Assembly: GCA_045642125.1 (NCBI GenBank)
Contig: JAZUIE010000012.1
Coordinates: 5,151-69,150 of the forward strand
Direction: 5' to 3'
DNA length: 64,000 nt
Source: Acutalibacteraceae bacterium
GTDB taxonomy: Bacteria; Bacillota; Clostridia; Oscillospirales; Acutalibacteraceae
The notes below the pieces were generated by a model. It searched no databases and was not told where the DNA came from. It saw only the letters and a list, made by a program, of their open reading frames with translations. Positions 15,533 to 21,753 of this stretch are shown piece after piece. Each line of letters begins with the position of its first letter. Positions within the stretch are counted from its first letter, which is position 1. The position numbers and the translations under genes are program-made.

Positions 15533-17341
15533 TTAATCGTCTTCTTCGGGAATTTCGCTTGTGTCTTTCATAGTGTAAACGGTGGGTTTGCGGTCTTTTA
15601 TGAAATAAACCCGTTTGCAGTGTCTTAAAATACTCTTTCGGTGGGTTGACACAATGCAGGTTTTATCGGGGCAGGAGAAAAGAATGTTATTAAGCACTCT
15701 TTTTTCGGTTTCGGTGTCCAGTGCGCTTGTCGCTTCGTCCAAAAGAATTACGGGAGCGTCACGCAGAACGGCACGGGCAATGGCAATTCTTTGCGCCTGA
15801 CCTTCGGAAAGACCGGCGCCCCGTTCGCCTATTTTGGCGTTTATGTTGTCGGGGTGAAGACTTATAAACTCCCAGGCACAAGCGGTTTTAAGGGCATTTA
15901 TAATTTCTTCGTCCGTTGCGTCTTCCTTAACGAGTCTTAGGTTGTCCGCTACGGTACCCGCCATAATGGAGTTGCCCTGCGGAACATAGGAAAACAGCGG
16001 TCTTAAATCGGCGGTCATATCAAAGGTGTTGCCGTCCTTATCGGTCACCGTAACGGAGCCTTCAGACGGATGTATAAGGTCAAGCAAAAGACGAAGCATA
16101 GTCGTTTTTCCTTCGCCGGACGGTCCTAAAACCGCCACTATTTCACCCGGCTTTGCCTCAAACGAGCCGTTTTCGTAAACTTTTTTGTTTTCGTTGTATG
16201 CAAAGGAAACACCGTCCATTTTTACGGTGATACCGCCGTTGTTTGCGGTGTTTATTTTGTTAAGAACTTCTTTGTTATGCCTTTCTTTCGGCAGGTCAAC
16301 AAGCTCTCTTATTCTATGCGCCGAAACGGCGGAGGTTATCATGGCGGGGAAAGTTGAAACAATGGTGTTAAACTGAGCGGTTAGGGCAGAGCGCTGTTGT
16401 AAAAAGAAGGTCATATCGCCGTACTGTATATCGCCCGACCAAAGACGCCATAAGCAGTAGCCGAAAGCGAGTAAGGCAACAAGCGAAGAAACAAGCGAAA
16501 CGGCAATATTTGCCTTTATTTCGAACTTGTTGTAATCGAGATTATATTCTTTGTACTTGCTTTGCCACCATTTAAGCTTGTTTTCGGTCGCACCCGAAAC
16601 ACCGAAAGATTTTATCATATCGAAGTTATAAAAGGTTTCGACCTCAAAAGCCATCATGCCGGAGTTCATTTCGAGAACTTTCTTTTTGTAGGCTCTCATT
16701 TTGCGCATTATCACTCTTGACATAAGCAGTAAAAACGGAGCCGAACCGAGCGCTATCCAAGCCATGTTCGGGTCGGTCTTGAAGAGCAAAATGAATGTTG
16801 CACCAAAGGTGTAAACCGATATGATTATTTTCGGTATCCAGCCGATAGCGTTACCGGCAACCGAGCCGACATCGTTGGAAAAGCGGTTAAGCAGGTCGCC
16901 GTTTGAAAAACGGTTTAATTCTTTCCACTCCGCATCAATAATCTTGCCGAAAATATTACTTTGAATGTCGTTATTAACGAAAATCGAAATTTTAAGACCT
17001 ATCCGGCTTAAAAGACTGTTTGTGAAAATCGAAAAAACATACGAAAAAATCATTATAAGGAGAAGAAACCAAAGCTTGTCCGTCTCTTTTCCGACAATAA
17101 TGTTTATAAGAAGTTTTGATACCCATGCGGCGCCGAGCGAAAGGGACGAGCCCAAAAGCCCCAAAAGGGTATAAAAAACAATAACACCTTTGTATCTTTT
17201 TGAAAAAGAAAATATCCATTTCCAATCGTCAAAAAAATCCTTAAAGGTGCCGTCATGTTGTTTGTCAAGTAAAGTTTGAAGAGAATTAAGGCGCAAAAGC
17301 TTGTTAATTCCTGTGTATTTTTGCTTTACGGAGTTTGACAT
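15533..17341 (-). CDS. ABC exporter, fused permease/ATPase
   Basis: 602-aa ORF with an N-terminal 6-TM region, Walker A GPSGEGKTT, signature LSEGQAQRIAIARA and Walker B ILLDEATSALD. There is no C39 peptidase domain. Confidence 0.9.
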   Translation of the reverse strand: MSNSVKQKYTGINKLLRLNSLQTLLDKQHDGTFKDFFDDWKWIFSFSKRYKGVIVFYTLLGLLGSSLSLGAAWVSKLLINIIVGKETDKLWFLLLIMIFSYVFSIFTNSLLSRIGLKISIFVNNDIQSNIFGKIIDAEWKELNRFSNGDLLNRFSNDVGSVAGNAIGWIPKIIISVYTFGATFILLFKTDPNMAWIALGSAPFLLLMSRVIMRKMRAYKKKVLEMNSGMMAFEVETFYNFDMIKSFGVSGATENKLKWWQSKYKEYNLDYNKFEIKANIAVSLVSSLVALLAFGYCLWRLWSGDIQYGDMTFFLQQRSALTAQFNTIVSTFPAMITSAVSAHRIRELVDLPKERHNKEVLNKINTANNGGITVKMDGVSFAYNENKKVYENGSFEAKPGEIVAVLGPSGEGKTTMLRLLLDLIHPSEGSVTVTDKDGNTFDMTADLRPLFSYVPQGNSIMAGTVADNLRLVKEDATDEEIINALKTACAWEFISLHPDNINAKIGERGAGLSEGQAQRIAIARAVLRDAPVILLDEATSALDTETEKRVLNNILFSCPDKTCIVSTHRKSILRHCKRVYFIKDRKPTVYTMKDTSEIPEEDD

Positions 17342-17394
17342 AGAGCCTCCACATTTTTAAGTTTAAGAACAGCACTTAAAGATTAAGCACCCTT

Positions 17395-17440
17395 CTTAAA
17401 ATTAAAATGCAAGTGTGCTTTTTGGGGAAAGCACACTGCA
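17395..17440 (-). terminator. Terminator/attenuator between the small-protein gene and the ABC exporter
   Basis: On the minus strand GCAGTGTGCTTT-CCCCAA-AAAGCACACTTGC is followed by ATTTTAATTTT. Confidence 0.6.
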
Positions 17441-17450
17441 AAAAAATTAA

Positions 17451-17819
17451 TTAGTTAGCTGTACCGAATGTATCCAACCACTCAAGAATTTCGCCGAGCG
17501 GAGTACCCGACATACCGGAGAAGACAATGAAGTTGGAGTTCGGGCCGTAAGCCTCAAAGTCGATGGAATCAAGAGTCTCGCCGAGTGTGAAGTCAACAAC
17601 GCCGCCAACTTCGGTATATCCGAGAATCTCTGTGTACTTACCGCCGGTAACGGTCGGAAGACCCGTGTAACTTGTATAACCACTCATTCTTTCGGTTTTT
17701 CCGCTTGCGCCGAAGTAGTTAGCAGGATTACCGGTGTAGAAAAGTGCATCGGGAAGTCCGCTTGTCTGGATAACATCGGCAGAGTCGAAAGTTACAAAGC
17801 TTAATTTTGCATTAGTCAT
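17451..17819 (-). CDS. Small (122-aa) uncharacterised protein, first gene of the operon
   Basis: The ATG at 17817-17819 lies 10 nt after AGGAG, whereas the track's upstream start at 17864 lacks an RBS. The sequence is MTNAKLSFVTFDSADVIQTSGLPDALFYTGNPANYFGASGKTERMSGYTSYTGLPTVTGGKYTEILGYTEVGG... It is G/T/Y/S-rich with no signal peptide or double-glycine leader. Confidence 0.55.
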   Translation of the reverse strand: MTNAKLSFVTFDSADVIQTSGLPDALFYTGNPANYFGASGKTERMSGYTSYTGLPTVTGGKYTEILGYTEVGGVVDFTLGETLDSIDFEAYGPNSNFIVFSGMSGTPLGEILEWLDTFGTAN

Positions 17820-17988
17820 TAGACATAATCTCCTTTCTTCTTGAGAAAAGTTTTTAGGGTTCAACTTTCAGCTGATAAATTGAAACCTTCGTCCAAAAGT
17901 CTTTCCCAACAAAGACAAAGGTCGAAACTTCTCCCAAAAAATTACTTAATAAAGGCAATAAAAACACTACCGCATATTAAGTTAATTA

Positions 17989-18017
17989 ATTATACCACCG
18001 TGTAATATAAATTGCAA
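17989..18017 (-). promoter_or_regulatory. Strong sigma-A-type promoter for the small-protein operon
   Basis: On the minus strand: TTGCAA (18012-18017), 17-nt spacer, extended -10 TGgTATAAT (-10 hexamer at 17989-17994). This implies a 5' UTR of about 160 nt. Confidence 0.6.
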
Positions 18018-18060
18018 CAAAAAAATGCAAATTCGAGCAATTTTCAAAAAGATTTTTAGG

Positions 18061-18089
18061 TTGACTTTTTTGAGTCTTTGTGATAAAAT
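18061..18089 (+). promoter_or_regulatory. Sigma-A-type promoter of the tRNA-Ser operon
   Basis: -35 TTGACT (18061-18066), 17-nt spacer, extended -10 TGaTAAAAT (18081-18089). Confidence 0.6.
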
Positions 18090-18104
18090 ATTTTGGTCAC
18101 ATAC

Positions 18105-18191
18105 GGAGAGGTATCGAAGTGGTCATAACGAGGCGGTCTTGAAAACCGTTTGGGGCAACCCACAAGGGTTCGAATCCCTTCCTCTCCGCCA
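18105..18191 (+). tRNA. tRNA-Ser (anticodon UGA)
   Basis: Acceptor GGAGAGG/CCTCTCC, anticodon arm GCGGT-CTTGAAA-ACCGT, long variable arm, T arm AAGGG-TTCGAAT-CCCTT, encoded CCA. Confidence 0.92.
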
Positions 18192-18294
18192 TTTTTAAGA
18201 AAACTTTCCGCTTTTTTTGAACACAAAACGAAAAAAACGAGAAAGTTACACATAGACGACAATTTAATACCAAAGATATTTATGTTATCAATAC

Positions 18295-18434
18295 GGAGTA
18301 GTACAGGGGCTGGTGACGGGCTACGGTTTCGAGTGCGTCCGGTGGACGAAGAAACGAGAAACGGTAGGCGCAGCGGTCGATAGGTGCGCCACGCTCCAAG
18401 TGAGCGCAACATCGGGTACCGCAAGAGGGCAGCC
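18295..18434 (+). ncRNA. Unclassified structured element, copy B: truncated tRNA-Ser-like 5' head (18295-18320) fused to the conserved domain (18321-18434)
   Basis: The head shares GGAGTAGTAC and GCTGGTGACG with tRNA-Ser(GCU) at 18516. The 37-nt leader 18258-18294 is 34/37 identical to 18479-18515. Domain helices: 18321-18330/18358-18367, 18336-18340/18344-18348, and hairpin 18373-18422. Confidence 0.55.
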
Positions 18435-18515
18435 GAGGAACGTATATAAAACACAAAAAAGTTAAAGCAGAATATAAAGACAATTTAATACTAAAGATAT
18501 TTTAGTTATCAATAC

Positions 18516-18606
18516 GGAGTAGTACTCAAGCTGGTGACGAGGCACCCCTGCTAAGGGTGTAGGTCGGGTAACCGATGCGAGAGTTCGAATCTCTCCTACT
18601 CCGCCA
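18516..18606 (+). tRNA. tRNA-Ser (anticodon GCU)
   Basis: Acceptor GGAGTAG/CTACTCC, anticodon arm ACCCC-TGCTAAG-GGGTG, long variable arm, T arm GAGAG-TTCGAAT-CTCTC, encoded CCA. Confidence 0.92.
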
Positions 18607-18610
18607 AAAA

Positions 18611-18660
18611 AGAAATCGCTTTTGTCTACCAAGGCAAAGGCGATTTCTTTACGCATTTTA
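18611..18660 (+). terminator. Terminator-like hairpin after tRNA-Ser(GCU)
   Basis: AGAAATCGCTTTTG ... CAAAGGCGATTTCT (14 bp including one G-U) is followed by TTACGCATTTT. The U-run is weak. Confidence 0.45.
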
Positions 18661-19024
18661 GGGCAAAATACAGGCAAAATCGCATAAAATAAGGCAAAAC
18701 GGGCTTCGAGACGGTCATCACGGCTATCCCGGAGCCCGTTTTTTCGTTTCCGGCACCGAAAACCAGCCGAAAACGCTGGTGTACTTTTTCGATTTCTTTA
18801 CGCTGCAAAGAAATTCTGCTCTGAATAGGCGTAGGGATTTGAACTAAAAAAGTGATGAAAAAATTGGCTAAATCACGAAATCGTTACTTCCACCTCTTGA
18901 AAATCGACAGAATTCATGTTATTCTATTTGTGACTTTTTATACCTACTGATAAGAGGGATTTGAGTGAGACAAGAAAATCGCCAGAAAATATCGCAACAC
19001 ATTGGAAAAGAACGGCGTGCATAG

Positions 19025-19201
19025 GGGCGCCGAGCCAATGGCGAAGCCGACGTCAGCAACACGGATGCCAAAGTCGTAATAGCGCTGCTCATCGGAGCCG
19101 ACCGCGCCGAGCGTTTCTGCGACGGAGCATTCCAGGAGTTCATCGAGAACGGCAGCATCGCACGCTGGCTGGAACGCCTGGCCAAAATTGATCTACAATA
19201 A
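19025..19201 (+). pseudogene. Possible C-terminal remnant of a truncated gene
   Basis: The frame ending at TAA 19199-19201 reads ...NGEADVSNTDAKVVIALLIGADRAERFCDGAFQEFIENGSIARWLERLAKIDLQ. This looks protein-like, but it has no start codon after the upstream stop at 19022-19024. Confidence 0.25.
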
Positions 19202-19231
19202 AAAACAATCGTTTGAAGGACGGTTTTAGAA

Positions 19232-19786
19232 ATGGGCGAATACATAAAAAAGAAAAAAGAAATGAATTTTAGCAACGTCGGTGCGCTTCAGCCCGTCGTA
19301 AATGTGGTGAACGAAGCAGCCGCAGCATTGAACGACAAGACAAGAACGATAAGAGAAAGCGCGATCCCCGAAGTTCTCGCTGGAGCATTGGGCGCTGGTA
19401 TAGGTGGTGTCGTATCATTTGCGGCGCTTTATGGCCTCGGAACGGTCGTCGGATTGAGCGCAGCAGGTATAACGTCCGGCCTTGCTACTGCAGGCGCGAT
19501 TGTGGGAGGCGGAATGGTGGCCGGAGTGTTTGTGCTGGCGGCGCCGGTAGCAATTTTGGCAGCCGGAGGCGTAGGATTAGCATCACATCTCAAAAACAAG
19601 CAGCTAAAGCAAGAAAAAGAGCGCTTATATAAAGAGGTGTTGAAAAAGCACGAGGCCATCATCAAAGCATTGAAAGACGAAGCAGACGCCAGCAAGGAAC
19701 GCATCGATTATTTGCAGAGCTTGAACATTTTGCTAACACAGGCAATTAAAGACCTGCAACATGACCTTGGTGTAACTGCAGCATGA
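19232..19786 (+). CDS. Glycine-zipper membrane protein with C-terminal coiled coil (uncharacterised)
   Basis: 184-aa ORF with RBS AAGGA 11 nt upstream. The Gly/Ala-rich hydrophobic core is VLAGALGAGIGGVVSFAALYGLGTVVGLSAAGITSGLATAGAIVGGGMVAGVFVLAAPVAILAAGGVGLA, followed by a charged helical tail. Its stop overlaps the next start (ATGA). Confidence 0.6.
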   Translation: MGEYIKKKKEMNFSNVGALQPVVNVVNEAAAALNDKTRTIRESAIPEVLAGALGAGIGGVVSFAALYGLGTVVGLSAAGITSGLATAGAIVGGGMVAGVFVLAAPVAILAAGGVGLASHLKNKQLKQEKERLYKEVLKKHEAIIKALKDEADASKERIDYLQSLNILLTQAIKDLQHDLGVTAA

Positions 19787-21144
19787 AAAAATACAGCTAT
19801 TCGGAAAAGGAACAAGACATAAACACCGTTCTAAGCCGTCAGCAAAAGCAGCTTGACTCGGTGATTATACCGGCTGTGGATGAGGAAAAGATTAGCGAAA
19901 GTGAGGCAATCCTTCAATCATTAGGATATTCCCTGCCTGAAAAGCGAGCCACAGAAATCGTCCGGGAAAAGAAGGAAATCATCGTCCCTTCCTGGGAACA
20001 GCTATTGAGCACAGCAAAAGACGACGTTGGCGACGGTCATGCATTAACCGAGCTATTCACAGACGACGAGATTAGAGACAACGCGCTATACATAAGAACG
20101 CTGGCAAGCGATTACAACGCATTACACCGCCTCGATTTGATCGATTATTCGATATGCGCCATCGCCGGAATATTGTCCGGCGCTCTCGACATCTTATTGG
20201 TCGGAATACCAAAGGCCACTCCAGACGGACTAAAAGCGGGAACGTTATCCAACTACATCCGCGACCAATTCAACAAAAAATTCTCGAAGGATGAAATGGA
20301 GAAACTCGCCAACTCCAAGGAAAGCAAAGTCCCATTTGATGCGCAGGACAACCGGCATACAACAGAGCACGTAGAAGGACTTTCGGCATATTACCATAGA
20401 ATGCTGTCGCTCGGCCACGATCCGCTCCTGGGCTTTGTCGTCGGAGTTTTCGACATCATAACCGGCAGAATGACCACAATAGATAAGACAGGAAAGTTTG
20501 TTTCACAGGTCATGGAGAACTATGCCGACCGCAAAGAAACAAACATTTTCGCAGCGATAGCAAAGCAGTTTATTCATTTCAAATCGGATATCACAACGTC
20601 CATGGGGCTACCAGCGCCACTGATGAGCTTGTTCAATTTGCTCCAGTTCGGCAGCATTGGAGAAGAAGAACAAACCATAGCTGAAATCGTACAGGGCATG
20701 TACTACGAAGGATACGACTTCATCCATTTCTGTTCGACATCGATCCCCGTCCTTTTGACCGAAGTCATTGTGCGCATCAGCTACGCAATAAGGCGGCTAC
20801 GAGAAGGCCACTCAATAAAAGAGTCGATACCGTTCTCGTTAAACAGAGAGAAGCATCCGAAGCTGGCTACGATGCTATTTATAGCACACTCAGCAGCCAC
20901 GGCAATTAACGCTGGCAAGGTTTATTTCACGAAAAACCCGATGGCTATCAATTACCCTCAGTGGGTATCGTTCGCCAAATATTCCTACAAACAATTAAAA
21001 TGGGCGCTGATCGAAAAGCCCATGCTGCGGGACAAATACATCCAAGGATACATGGACGCAGAATTCGCAGACATACTTGAATCAGTCGACGAAACAACAA
21101 AACGCTTTTCGGAGACCTACACATTTATCCTCGCGGAGGAATAA
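19783..21144 (+). CDS. Uncharacterised 453-aa protein with several hydrophobic segments
   Basis: Long ORF translationally coupled to the upstream gene. I recognise no family. Features seen are a hydrophobic stretch DYSICAIAGILSGALDILLVGI and the motif GLSAYYHRMLSLGHDPLLGFVVGVFDIITG. Confidence 0.65.
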   Translation: MKKYSYSEKEQDINTVLSRQQKQLDSVIIPAVDEEKISESEAILQSLGYSLPEKRATEIVREKKEIIVPSWEQLLSTAKDDVGDGHALTELFTDDEIRDNALYIRTLASDYNALHRLDLIDYSICAIAGILSGALDILLVGIPKATPDGLKAGTLSNYIRDQFNKKFSKDEMEKLANSKESKVPFDAQDNRHTTEHVEGLSAYYHRMLSLGHDPLLGFVVGVFDIITGRMTTIDKTGKFVSQVMENYADRKETNIFAAIAKQFIHFKSDITTSMGLPAPLMSLFNLLQFGSIGEEEQTIAEIVQGMYYEGYDFIHFCSTSIPVLLTEVIVRISYAIRRLREGHSIKESIPFSLNREKHPKLATMLFIAHSAATAINAGKVYFTKNPMAINYPQWVSFAKYSYKQLKWALIEKPMLRDKYIQGYMDAEFADILESVDETTKRFSETYTFILAEE

Positions 21145-21161
21145 CGAAAAGAGGACGGCAC

Positions 21162-21371
21162 ATGGCACAAAGCACAATGAACAACGAGGCCGACCTCACG
21201 CCAGAGGAAAAGCGCCGGCAGCTATACGACCGGCAGGTGGAACTACTCAGAACGTTTTTGGAGCACGGAACAATTAGCCAAGCGCAGTATGATAAAAGCT
21301 ACGGCGACCTGACCGAAAAGATGGGCTATGGCGACAAAGGGAAAAACGACAAAAGTGATTTCTTACCTTGA
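21162..21371 (+). CDS. Small SHOCT-like protein
   Basis: 69-aa ORF with RBS AGAGGA. ELLRTFLEHGTISQAQYDKSYGDL resembles the SHOCT short C-terminal domain pattern. Confidence 0.45.
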   Translation: MAQSTMNNEADLTPEEKRRQLYDRQVELLRTFLEHGTISQAQYDKSYGDLTEKMGYGDKGKNDKSDFLP

Positions 21372-21402
21372 ATATACGACGTTTGGTCGTTCTTATACAA
21401 AA

Positions 21403-21432
21403 AACAACATCGCATTGCGGTGTTGTTTTTTT
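21403..21432 (+). terminator. Rho-independent terminator closing the three-gene cassette
   Basis: AACAACATCGC-ATT-GCGGTGTTGTT followed by TTTTT. Confidence 0.7.
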
Positions 21433-21598
21433 ATCCAAGCCATAGGCTTTATATATAATCTGCCGTTAGGCAGTATATCTCCAAAGGTTGGCTTTCCGCC
21501 TTTGTATCTCATAACGCCGAAGGCGAGGTATGCAACGCTTTGTATTGGTGATATGCAACATTGCGTGTTGATTTGCTGTTGCAAAAGCAACCTTCTTG

Positions 21599-21710
21599 CT
21601 TTACTTTGCTGTGTAAGTCTTTACTTTTTTCCTAAAATCTTTACTTGTTTTTATAAAAATCTTTACTTTTTCGGTCGTTTTTAACTTATTTTTATAAAAA
21701 CTTTACTTTT
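21599..21710 (+). repeat. Five phased direct repeats CTTTACTT(T/G)(T/G) upstream of the HTH-Fic gene
   Basis: Copies start at 21599, 21619, 21639, 21661 and 21701, giving spacings of 20, 20, 22 and 40 bp. Two copies are embedded in a longer repeat TTTTTATAAAAA(T)CTTTACTTTTT. The -10 TATAAT lies at about 21725-21730. Confidence 0.6.
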
Positions 21711-21753
21711 TGTGAGAAATGGGGTATAATCATTTTAGATGGGAAGTGATTAG

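Noticed and set aside
18919-19275. ORFs 18919-19275(-) and 18961-19191(+, TTG start, Arg-rich).
   Set aside because: They have an out-of-frame composition (Arg/Ser/Pro-rich) in G+C-rich DNA. The only protein-like frame here is the start-less fragment, which is reported as a possible pseudogene.
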